A stretch of 56,960 nucleotides of DNA, the filler included, from Sphacelaria rigidula (Eukaryota), in the NCBI GenBank assembly GCA_964200075.2. It is 3 parts of 3 records of this genome, joined end to end, with 100 filler letters (N's around TTAATTAATTAA, not from the genome) between each part and the next. Parts side by side here need not be neighbours in the genome. Positions count along the whole stretch, not along the records: positions 1 to 18,928 come from CAXNAA020000763.1; 2 more parts are not named here. One strand, given 5' to 3'. Below the pieces are notes generated by a model. The model saw only the letters and a program-made list of their open reading frames with translations, did no database searches and was not told where the DNA came from. Made by a program: the position numbers and the translations under genes. This document shows, piece by piece, positions 1-10,664 of the stretch; within the stretch, counting starts at the first letter, position 1, and the number at the start of each line of letters is the position of its first letter.

Positions 1-40
1 AGCACTGTTTTAGGCTTGAACCTCATCTCGGAGTTGAACC

Positions 41-697
41 TCAATTCGCATAATTTGTTGTTGTGTTGAGATTTGTACAAAACTCGTCACATCTGTCCTT
101 CTCTCCCACTGCGAATATATCATTTACATGTACTACAATGGTGATAATCACCCTGCTATCCTCAATCAACCGAAATACACATGAATCCGCCAAGCACTGA
201 TCAAATCCTAAAACAAATAAACACTCCGCCAGGTGATTATGCCACTGCCTACTTGCCTGTTTCAATCGGTACAAAATTTTGTTGAGTCTTACTATTTTAC
301 CAGATAAGCTTCAACAACCAAGTGGCAACCACATGAAAACGTCCTCGTCCAACTCAGACTGTACAAGAGCCTGTTCGATATAAAAATGACGCAACGCAAG
401 ATTTTACCCACAAGCCAGAGTCGCCAACAAACCTACGCTAGAAACTGCTACAGTGGGGGCATACAACTGTCCAAAACCTATGTTCTCCCTGTGCATATCT
501 CCTCTTGCTACTAGTGTCGACTTCATCTTCGTGGGCCATCCAAACTCGTCCGCCTTCCAGTCATTATATACCCACTTTGCATGGATGTAGTTGTCCACGA
601 GTTGTTTTTCCGCTGAGTCTATCGTCCCCGCATCCAGAATTCCCTGCCATTCCCGCCCCATCGAGTCCCCCCATAAATCACCGTAATCCGAGCGCAC
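41..697 (-). pseudogene. pol: Copia reverse transcriptase fragments
   Basis: ORFs 404-697 and 41-274 contain Copia RT motifs AKWVY, LVARG, YAPT, YRLKQASRQW, and VHVND at the YVDD position. Confidence 0.9.
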
Positions 698-1699
698 CGC
701 CTACGTGTATCCGTTGGGGACCTTGAGATCCTTTGCTAGACGTTGTGGGAGTTCCGGTGGGATGTGCGGCGGGCGCTGCTCGCGCAAAGCGGCATCTATA
801 TCTTCACGCGTCGCCAGCCTCGTCGCGAGTCACATCGATATCCCCCCGCGCCCCCCTTTCTCACCATCCTTGCTCTGTCGCCCGGCATCAACTACGCCGT
901 GCGTGAGGAAAGTAGACAACAAAGATCGCTTATCCAACTGCTGCATGCGTCCCCAGCTGTGGTGCAAGAGTACAGCCTTGTCTGTCTTGTATTGCGTCGA
1001 CCGTGACCGCGTCCGCCCTGGCTACCGGGGGTCTGTTTCCAGATCCAGCTCCTTCCTCACGTTCATTGAGAGCGGCGAGAAAGAATGGTCCATCACTTCA
1101 GAGGCGGATGACGCATCGCGCGACGCAGACGAGGAAGATGCTGATGGGATCGTGGATGGGATCGGGGCCGAAGAGCCGGAGAAGATCGGCGGGGATGTCG
1201 GCGGCGATCGATGCATCGGCGGAGTCGACGGGCGTGGCGGCGTGTGCTGCACCGGTGGAAATGTCGGTTGCGGCGGCGGCGGCAGTATCGGCTGAGTCAG
1301 CGGAGTCGGCGGGCGCGGCGACGGCAGCATCGGCGGAGTCGGCGGAGTCCGCTGGCGCGGCGGCGGCGGCTCGAACTCCACGGTGTGATATGTCGGCGGG
1401 AGCAGCGGTGTGGCGACGGCGGCGGCGGTGCTGCCACGAACCTCCTTCCCCCCGACAAGCAGCGTCTGGACCTCTTCCCCCCCGACGAGCGGCGTCTCGT
1501 GGTGCTGCCCTGCTGACGGCGCGGCGGCGGCGGCGACGGTACTGGAATGAGCCTCCTCCCCCCGACAATCGGCGTTGTCGAAGATCGCAGTGGCACACGT
1601 GGTACCGCCCGGACAACGCTGTTCGTGTAGCAGACTGCACCGGTAGCAGCCTTCAGGACCTTGACCGTCGATGAAGAATAGATACTGGCATTATTGAGG

Positions 1700-2480
1700 T
1701 AATGGCAGGCGACGGACTGAACATCTATCTTTCCTCGGCGGTTGACCCGCATCATGCCGGGTTGCAGAAACGGCACAATCTGTAGCGGCGGACGCTTGCC
1801 GGTGAATACTTCATACGGCGACAGTCTTCCCGGGTTCGCCGTAGTGGCGGAACGATTGAACCCGTCCGCTGCCCACACCGCGGCGTCCAGCCACAGGCGG
1901 TCCATGTTCTCCCCCAGGTATGTCGTCGAAGCGGCACTCCGGGAACAGACGTCGCGCTCCGAGACGGGCGGCGTGGCCCCCCTTCCTGACCTTCCAAATT
2001 TCATTTTCCACCACAGCGTTGTGCTTCGGAGTGTCGGGGGCAGTGCACTCACGTCGAATCGTTCCATCGTCGCAGAAGGCGCCGAAATCGTTGGAGGTGA
2101 ACTCGCTCCCGTTGTCCATGCGAAAACAACCGGGGGTACCGATGGCGCTGAAGTCGGCGATGAAATGTTTCACCTTCGCCAGGGTGTCAGACTTGCGTGC
2201 GAGGACATAAAACATCATGAAGCGCAACTTGCTGTCGACGCAGCCCAGCATATGAGTTGATGCACCCAGAGTACGGTGGTGTGGGCCGGTGAGGTCGAGA
2301 TGCACCCTGCCGAGTACAGTCGTTGCCCTCGTGCCCAGTCTTCGCGGAGTACCTGCCCTCTGTCCCTTCGCTTCCAAACATCCCGCACATGGCGCCAGTA
2401 CCCCCCGTCAATGTAATGCCCTGTTGTTTCGTAGTTTCTCGCAGTAATGTCTCATGAATGTGGGGAAGGGAAACGTGAAA
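1700..2480 (-). pseudogene. pol: Copia integrase (GAG-pre-integrase and rve core), frameshifted
   Basis: FHVSLPHIHETLLRET, VHLDLTGP, FRMDNGSEFTS, TAPDTPKHNAVVE, LWLDAAVWAADGFNRS, SPYEVFTGKRP. Confidence 0.9.
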
Positions 2481-2729
2481 AAGATTAATGTCGATTTCTT
2501 GTTTCGGTTTTCCAACTGAAAATGGGTGAGAGCTGGGGACAAAAACAGCAAGGGCCGTCCCGTTTTTAGCCACAAGTCCCATTCCTTCACTCAGAAAACG
2601 CGAAAACAAATCTTGGGGAGAGATCACGTCAAATCCAGCTATCAGGGCTTCATCCTTGAACACACTCAAGTCTGGGCAGTGGAGCCCTTGGACTGCACGG
2701 AGAGAACCAACACCATTCGTGGGGGCAGG

Positions 2730-3128
2730 TGCAACGTTTGCCTGTGAAACGGACTGTACGCGAACACTTGAATTCACCACGTTCGCCGGAGGAACGGACT
2801 GGAATCGAATGCTTGGGGGAGGGGAAGTAACAACGCTTGCAGATAAAGCGGACTGTACACCAACACTTGAATTCACAACGGTCACCGGAGGAACGGACTG
2901 GAATCGAATGCTTGGGGGAGGGGAAGTAACAACGCTTGCGGGTGAAGTGGACTAGACGCCAACACTTGAATTCACCACGTTCGCCAGAGGAACGGACTGG
3001 AATCGAACGCTTGGGGGAGGGGAAGTAACAACGCTTGCGGGTGAAGCGGACTGGACGCCAACACTTGAATTCACAACGGTCGCCGGAGGAACGGACTGGA
3101 ATCGAACGCTTGGGGGAGGGGAAGTAAA
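2730..3128. repeat. 99-bp (33-codon) tandem repeat, about 4 copies, inside Copia pol between protease and integrase
   Basis: GAGGAACGGACTGGAATCGAA recurs at about 2789, 2888, 2987 and 3086, i.e. every 99 bp. Confidence 0.95.
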
Positions 3129-4602
3129 CACCTACAGCTAACACGGCAAGGGGGGGATTTTGGTATGTTGACGGTAATCGAATGGCCCTCTGTGATGAAG
3201 ACCGCTCATTGCGATCGAAGCGAAGCCGACCGTCAAACATGTGTGCTCCTGTTTCAGTCAAAAGTACATCCTGCTTCTTCTGCACTTGGTGCAGAGGAAA
3301 AAGGTTGAAATGTATACCTTCAAGAACGTAAACATCAGCCAGCTGCACGTAAAATTCTGAGGACGCACCGACGGATTTCGGGGCGGTGGAATTTCCCATG
3401 TGAAATTTGAGCTTCAAACTCCCTACTGCTCTGATAGGGAGAATTTTTCCGTTCCCCACGATTACGTGTTCATTTCCTTTCGGGGGGGGGGGGTAAATCA
3501 AACATACCAACCATTGAACCAATGGTATGGCGTGAAGCACCATTATCAGCTATCTACTCCTCTGTACCATCATCCACATCAAACCCTGACCCACTCTGGT
3601 TAAGCAAAGTAACCCCCAAAGTAAAATCACCCAACTCAAAACGTGTGACTCGCCTTGTGACACAGTGTGTGCCATGCACAGGTGAAGCGGCGCAGAGGAT
3701 GAAGCTGAACCGGAGGNNNNNNGGATAATCAGGTTGGGCATGATGAGGTTGTTGCTGCTGGTGTAGTTGGTGAGGGTATTGCAGTCGAAGTTCACCTTGC
3801 TGCGGTGATGACTGGATCTGGTTGTTGGTGGCAGCTGCGGAGGATTGCGGGGGATTGCGGGGAAACTGGATACAGTGCGCGTAACATGCACCGCTGAAGC
3901 CGCTGTTTTCTTCCAACACCCACCCGTCTTCTTCCGTCCCGTTCCAGTGTTGTTCGATGTGACTACTCTCTTCGTAACCCCCTTGGTCACCGCAAAGTTG
4001 CACGGTGTTGACCGATCCGTGGGAATGGGTCCAGGGGGGGGGGGGTTGGTGTCCTCCGTGACGAGGTTGATTCTGGGTAGGATTCACATGACGCACCCCC
4101 GAATCGACTTGCGGCCCCACTACTCTACGCCATGGGCAAAACGTATGCATGTGGCCCAGTTCGTCGCATGTGATGCATCGCTTACGTGGGGTCGGCGTGG
4201 TGAATTGGGGGCTCGTTGCCTCCGGGGTGGTATAAACCATCAGGATAACGTGAGTAGTCATACCCACCTTGCGGCGGGTCATAATGCGGTAGCTGGCTGC
4301 CTGGGTGAGCATTGCCGCCGCCCCGCCCCGAAGCACCGTACCTGTGACCAAATCCACGCCCTGCGCCCCGTCCTCCACATCTCGCTTGCTGCTGCTGCTG
4401 CTGCTGGGGTTGCCAGCGTTGTTGCTGCTGTCATTGTTGCTGAGTGAGCAGCTGCGGTGATTGGGTGTGCATTCTACCGCGTCCGCTACTCCCATGACCT
4501 CCAAAAGTGTCTGCACTATGGTATTGCTGCTGGCGAACACCATTCCACGCACCCCCATCACCGCGACTTTCTTGTGCATGCATGTATCGTTGTCCGTTGC
4601 AT

Positions 4603-5682
4603 TCAGAGTCGTCTTGCTGGGTCATATTGTGAAAATGACAAAAAAAACTGCTGCCGACGTCTCTCACCGCCCTGCTGTCGTCCATTTCGCAGCACGCCCC
4701 CACCTCTACCACCCCCCGTGGCAGCGACGAGCGCGTGGCCCTGAACCCCATCCTTATTCCTGCCTGCCGTGCTCCTGGCCAGTTTCATCTCTCCATGCGC
4801 CGTCATCACCATGCGCTCCAGGGTATCTGATGTTACTTTATACATGGCAAGCAATACACCACGGGCGATTTCGAAGTCACTTGACAAGCGGCGTATGTCG
4901 TGCCGGTTGGCGTCTGCATGTGATATCACGACTCCAAGCCTAACACGGTTGTACCTTATCAATTTTGCTCTATCGAAAAATATGTGGGGGTCCTCTCCCA
5001 ATTTCATATCGAGGATCTGCCATTGATGATCCAACTGTGCCTTCTCAGTAGTTGGAGAAACGGTGTGGTAGTCTATAATGTACCTCCATCCCTCGCTGGG
5101 GTTTCCCAGTCTGACAAGTTGTTGAACAAGCGGAGCGAAGGTAATTTTTTCGACTAGTATACTCCATGCTTTACCGGCCTTCCCTACCAACTCGTTCCCG
5201 AACCTCTCGATCAAATCCCGCTCAGTATCAAAATGTATCCTAATGGTGAAAGTTGTGTAAAGAGCCTCTTCGCAGAGCTCCTGCTTAAAATACCCTGTCA
5301 TTTGTAGCTTGAAAACCATGAATTTATCTCTTACTTTCTCACCACTTTTTGCCGTACCACCCCACGCTGCTATACTGTTATGTGAAGGTACCCTTAATAT
5401 GCCGGACTGTACCATCTGGGCTTGATTCTGCGTGTGCAGGCGTCTGTCTTGATATGCTGACGTAGTCGTAGGATGAATGCGCTGCTGGGGGGGCGTAGCT
5501 CTTGTCGCTGACGCGCGCGCTCCCAGGCTTGGATCCTCTTCCTGTGCTTGACTTTGTTGTCGCAGGTCTTGTACCTGTTTCGCTTGCTCCTGTATGTATC
5601 CTGATAGTATCCCCCTCGCCGCGTCTGGGTCGGCGTCTTGCATCTTCACGATGATGTCGTCTACTTGATTTTCGAAGTCCAT
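4603..5682 (-). pseudogene. gag: Copia gag (capsid-like); frameshifts into the zinc-knuckle region
   Basis: 359-aa ORF with Copia gag-like helical segment (AWSILVEKI...SEGWRYII...LDMKLGEDPHIFFDRAK), upstream of the CCHC knuckle and protease. Confidence 0.8.
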
Positions 5683-5801
5683 TTTTTACGTCTGAATATA
5701 CCCTGAGGTCGCCTGCGCGAAGCATAGCCTAGTCGCTAGCGTAAAGGCTGAATTTCCTACTCGGCGCAAGGGTCTATGTTTGAGAAAGGTCGTGGGACCT
5801 C

Positions 5802-6340
5802 TGTTGTTGAATTGATTCCCTTGTTGATAAATGTATAATATACTCTCCACCCAAAACGTAAAAAAACAAAAAGTGCGCTACCAAAAAGGGGGCGGGGTTT
5901 AATCATGAAAAAACCCTCGTGCAAAAATAACACGTCAGAGCCTGATTCCTTGGCCACGCGATTGGCCGTGTGTCTCTCAGCAGATTTTTTCTGCAACCAA
6001 CACATCGGGTAAACCTTTAATGACAGAACTGTATCCCTTATTTGCCCTTCACTCATGTCATGATTCAATCAAAATATCCACTTCCCCCGTATCCAGGCCT
6101 GTTTACATGTATCTATCATTGAGTGTGAGTATATTCGATCAAAAGCCATATGGTAATCCGCAGATAATGCAAATAGAACTTATGTAGTTCAGCACCCTCA
6201 TGATGGAGGCATTGAGCCTTGGCCCAACCTCGTGTTTCTTCGAAGCAAGCCGCATCTGTTGTATCGGGAGTTATTTTTCAGAGGGGTCGAAGTCCGCCTG
6301 GCCGAGGTTTTGCACGAACACGTAGTCAAAAGGGTCAACA
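5802..6340 (-). repeat. Candidate 5' LTR of Copia-1
   Basis: TGTTG at 5802 (or 5805) and TCAACA ending at 6340, directly upstream of gag. The partner LTR is outside the window, so boundaries are unverified. Confidence 0.4.
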
Positions 6341-6469
6341 TAAATACACACTTTTGAGGTGAGAACTATTCTTTACCATGATGAGAGGTGGTTGAAGGAC
6401 TGACGTCAGTGCGCGTTGACGCAACAATCATGCAAAATATATATATATGTTCACATCAACGAGTGAGCA

Positions 6470-7105
6470 TCCCTTCAAGAACGTGTAAGTAATGTCGACT
6501 TGAGCACCATAACCTTCAGATCCAAGCTCTGAAGCGAAGGTTGGCCATCAAGTTGAAGGTTAGACCTTAAGTTTAGAGTCAAATGTTAAAGTTTCAACTC
6601 AATGACCGCCCACGTGAACATTCAAGTTGAACTATGGAAGTTCAAGTTGAACCTACACTTGAACGTCGAATTGTTGACTTGAACGCCATAGTTGAGGTTT
6701 GAAAGCGAAAGGTTCTTAATCGAAAGTTGAGGTTGAAAGCGAACCCAAACCCGAATCTTCACCTTGAACGCTCGACGTTCAACTCGAAGACTACCTCCGA
6801 CTCGATGCTCAAACGCTCAACTAGATGGTTCAAGTGATGTTTCAAGTTAAACCTAGACTTCTAAGTAGAACCGTTGCGATTTTCGGCTTGAAGGTTCGGG
6901 ATGAAGGTCTGACTTTAGGTTAAATAGTCACGTTGAACATTCACATGTTGATTTCCCGACCTCGACGTTAGAAGTCGAGCCTGAGATCAACCTATACGTA
7001 GAGCCCTTCACTTGAAACTTGAAATCGCATGTAACGTTCGAGTTGAAGCTTGAAGCCTCGAGTCGAGCAGCTGACTCTCAACGTGAAACTTCAACTTGAA
7101 GTTGC
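6470..7105. repeat. Degenerate TTGAA/TTCAA (GTTGAA, CTTCAA) short-motif array
   Basis: Many GTTGAA/TTCAAG/TCAAC/CTTGAA words on both strands, e.g. TTCAAGTTGAA twice at about 6621 and 6641, and ACTTCAACTTGAAGT at about 7088. Confidence 0.7.
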
Positions 7106-8485
7106 ATTATTGTTGGAGGATTGTGGTTACTGCTTGCCCGCCAGGCGTACACGGGCACTCGTATTGTTGCGCCTGCACAGGGAGAAGGAAACTTGCGAAA
7201 AGATCGCGACGCTACCGGCACTTTGAAATGGCTATGGCCGTTCAACACTCAGTCGTCTGCGCCTTTGTCCAACCGTATGTTTCAAGCGAAACTCTGTCCA
7301 AATACTGTAACGGTCAGTTTACACTTTCACCTGCCCGAAGCATGCTTCATACTTCAAACCTCCGTGTGGTGCTCATAAGCAATACTTCCAGGAAAAGGCA
7401 AAACAGCAATACTGTGAAGTTGAGGGGCTGCGGCCCTTAGTTATCAGAGTTGCGGAACTGTTGATCAAGCACCTCCGTGTCACCAGCACCACCCAACCCC
7501 TCCCCTCCCCAGCAACCGCCTATAGTCGACAAATACGACTCTATTCGGAAAATGACTACGAAGCCAAGGGTTCGACTCCCACGACTCAGCGCCGTAGTCT
7601 TGGACGATGATCACGAAAGCAAGCACCTCGCTCTTCGGGTTTGCAAACCACCCCAAGCACACTCTACTGTAGACGCTATTATTGTGGCTCAACAGCCTAC
7701 ATTAGCTTGTTTTGTTAAGATGTCACAGATTACACTGAGGTGAACAATAAACGCTAACTGCTCAGCTCGGTGGTATCTGTGAGATCTTAATTTGAATTAC
7801 TGTCCACGGTGCGTCTCACCCTTCCATCGTTCAAGGTGAAGGCGTGTGACGGTCATGTAACGGAACATATGGCTCGAGTATCATTGACTTCGTGCTTCAA
7901 CGGGAGAGTCGCCTCAACTGTTGCTCTTGATTATTCTGCCGAACGGATTGTGATGTCATTTCTATAGGGTGCTTTACCTACAACTATCAAATACGCGTTC
8001 GGATCAATCACAGCGAACATATAACAATCATTTCAAACTGGAAATCCGCACGTATATACGTGCTGCCTTGATGTGAACGCGGGTCAAACAATATAAAAAC
8101 ATATCAAGCACGCGTAAGTTTCCAGCTGGCTCTGGCACGAGATGTCATCAAAGTTCTTACATATCCCTCATTCAGGTTTCACAACTCTTCCCGTCTTCGC
8201 ATCATCTCGGGAGCCGATACTGTCGATGCATGCTTCTTCGGCTTTGCTAGATCTCCTGTGTTGCTGCATGCAGCCAGCGCGCCTCGGCGCTGGTTTAACT
8301 GCTTTAGTACCAGTAATGGCCAGTTGGGGCGGAAGGTTGCGTATTCGAATCCCCACAGTACAGTCCCGTTCGGCAGAATTTTGTTGCTGTCGAAAAAAAC
8401 GGGAGGACACGAGTGGCACAGAGCACTCGGTGAGAGTCGAGGCGTGAGGAAGTGCTAATAATCCGATACTCGTAACAAATTGTCA

Positions 8486-8590
8486 GCCAGGTACCGGGGG
8501 GGGGGGGCGTACTCATTTGTTGCTTGCCTTAGTCATTTGACCATTGACCACGCATCCCTTTCGAGACGGAGCATGCCAGGTACCGGGGGG
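8486..8590 (-). mobile_element. 66-bp 3'-terminal LINE-derived retrocopy with poly(C) tail and 16-bp TSD
   Basis: GCCAGGTACCGGGGGG at 8486-8501 and 8575-8590 flanks body 8508-8573, which is identical to the reverse complement of 37337-37402. Confidence 0.92.
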
Positions 8591-10507
8591 AGATGGATTG
8601 ATCACTTGAGCCTACAGACCTGTCCCGAAGGTGAGGGGGCCAACGGACGAAACCAAAGCCGTTGCGCGTCCCTACCCTCCGAAAAAACAACAGGGTGGTG
8701 CCCATAGCGCGCAAGCAAGAGGATCAAGCAATACACGCTTGGGGTATGGACAAACTGACATAGGCAGCGCATTTTTTCTCGAATCCGCGGGTTATCATCT
8801 CACTGGTTAACCCTTGGCCACAAAGTTGTCGCTCTGAGTCCAGGTAAATCAATGTATATGGCTCATGCCTTGAATATTGGATCTCCTTATCTCTGCATCT
8901 CACTGATCTTACAAAACCCCCTCATACTCTTCGTGGTCGAAGGAAGGAAGCGTCACGCCTCAAATTGCATAATGGAGCGCAGTACATGCACAGAACTGCG
9001 CGCGGACAATGGATTTGGCACCATGTTACAGTCAGAATGCAGTCCAATACTGGTATCTGCCCTGATACGCTGGCCGTCACCTCCACCCCAGGAATATTGT
9101 CGCACCATACCTACCTAGCACCACATTTCCAGCCGAAATCTCGGTTTCAGACGCTACCTGGGAAGTTAGCGGACCATCCCCGTCCGTGGGCGGGTGTCCT
9201 CATCATTAGGCAGCGGAACGTCAAGTCCCGGATTGCTCCTGAAAACTTTTGGTTTACTCCCAACGTAAATACTACACACCTTTGCTTTATTTGGTTGTTT
9301 TTTGAACACCTACGGCATGTGTCAGTTGGTGAAACGCTGTTTGTTTCACAGCATCGCCACTTGCCATCACCGAACCACATTGGTACCCAAAGGGTACTTT
9401 ACATGCCAACATCAAGCGACCACACTGGGGTTCTGCACACTGATGGAAAGAGAAGAATACTTACACGAACAAGGTCAAAATCATTACAAATTGACATTCT
9501 ACCCTGCTCGCTCGTGCTGAGACAGCGAAAAAAATACTCTTCAGTCTCCAATTTCTTCATCACCAAAAATAATGGATCCTCCTCGATCCATCGACTATAC
9601 ATCCTTTTCAACATTCAACGCAGACCATGTGTAACACTCTTCAAGAGTGTACACAGGTAACAGCAGTTGAGGCACGTTCCAGGGCACAAGTCAGAAACAC
9701 AACCACACCATGCTGGTCGGTGTTCCCAAGCTCGTTTCGATGGGGGGAGGGGACGGCGGTTGACTTGACCAAAAATGGAGTGAACAAATACAAGAAGATT
9801 ATGATGTAGGTACGTCTCGACACTGCTCGCTGGGCCCAGTCTAATCTTGAGCAACTCGACCTCTCGGATGCAAACTACACCCTCTGCAACAATTGGGTAG
9901 TTCAGCGAGTTGTGGCTAATCCATCTTGAAGGCAATCTTACTACCCGGCGGACATACCACCATCCAACATGCGGTTATCCACGTACATTAACACGACGGA
10001 GGTAAGTATCCCAAAACGCTTTCATCGGCAAAGATAACACACACACAAATGTCAGAGACTACGCGAAATTCGCAGATGGAGAAAACCACGAACAGTACGT
10101 GCACAACGAACGGCAATAAATGCAAGGACGATCGGTACGACAAACGAATGGCTGCCAACCACCTACCGAACACTACACGTAATATCGCACCGCGGAGTGT
10201 GCACCCACGAAATCCACAGAGAACGCGGTGCCAACAAACTTCCTCACGGCGTAACACACTATTTGCGCTCGGCATATAACAAACAACCGGCAATTTCTGA
10301 CGTACGGCCCACACAACTCCTGATGTGATCTAAGCCTCCCGATAACTCAGACTTGCAGAGCAGTCCGGTGAGAGTGTTAGTACCGTACCAAGGACCTCAT
10401 CTTACCCAACAGACTGAACTGAACGCTCTTCAAACTGTACGCTTGGAATCGGGCGTTGACGCTTTACGCAGACTCGCTACGTAACATAGCTTCACTGCTT
10501 CGCTGAA

Positions 10508-10509
<2 letters not shown>

Positions 10510-10539
<30 letters not shown>
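10510..10539. repeat. (TA)n microsatellite
   Basis: Direct reading. Confidence 0.95.
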
Positions 10540-10542
<3 letters not shown>

Positions 10543-10664
10543 GAAGGTACGTGACCCCTCTCCCTAGTCCTCTAAAGCAGAGCAAATGTGCCGGCAAGAA
10601 AGAAGTATCATTGTTGCCATGACTAGAACCTCGCAGAAAAACTGGAACAAATGTGTTGCACACA

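Larger units (their letters stand above)
1..6340 (-). mobile_element. Decayed Ty1/Copia LTR retrotransposon (Copia-1); 3' end runs off the window start
   Basis: Domain order gag-PR-IN-RT on the minus strand. Gag-like ORF 4603-5682; CCHC knuckle CITCDELGHMHTFC (4136-4177); protease motif E*IADNGASRH (about 3525-3560); GAG-pre-integrase and integrase (VHLDLTGP, RMDNGSEF, TAPDTPKHNAVVE; 1811-2480); RT (AKWVY..K, KSTLVARG, YRLKQASRQW, VHVND; 41-697). Multiple stops and frameshifts. Confidence 0.93.

Noticed and set aside
705-2260. Long plus-strand ORFs overlapping Copia-1
   Set aside because: Antisense shadows of GC-rich pol and Pro-rich spacer sequence.
2730-3128. CRISPR-like array
   Set aside because: Whole units repeat with no unique spacers, inside a eukaryotic retrotransposon.
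7561-7590. tRNA gene or SINE head (GGTTCGACTCC)
   Set aside because: Isolated B-box-like word with no A box or cloverleaf.
8481-8760. Solo LTR (TGTCAG...CTGACA)
   Set aside because: Flanks CAAAT and TAGGC give no TSD, and there is no matching LTR in the window.
8852-9935. ORF 8965-9660 and opposite-strand ORFs as a gene
   Set aside because: No recognisable domain. The minus strand may be a pseudogene, but I cannot support a call.
10050-10302. Solo LTR (TGTCAGA...TCTGACG)
   Set aside because: No TSD and an imperfect end; more likely downstream or UTR sequence of the host gene.
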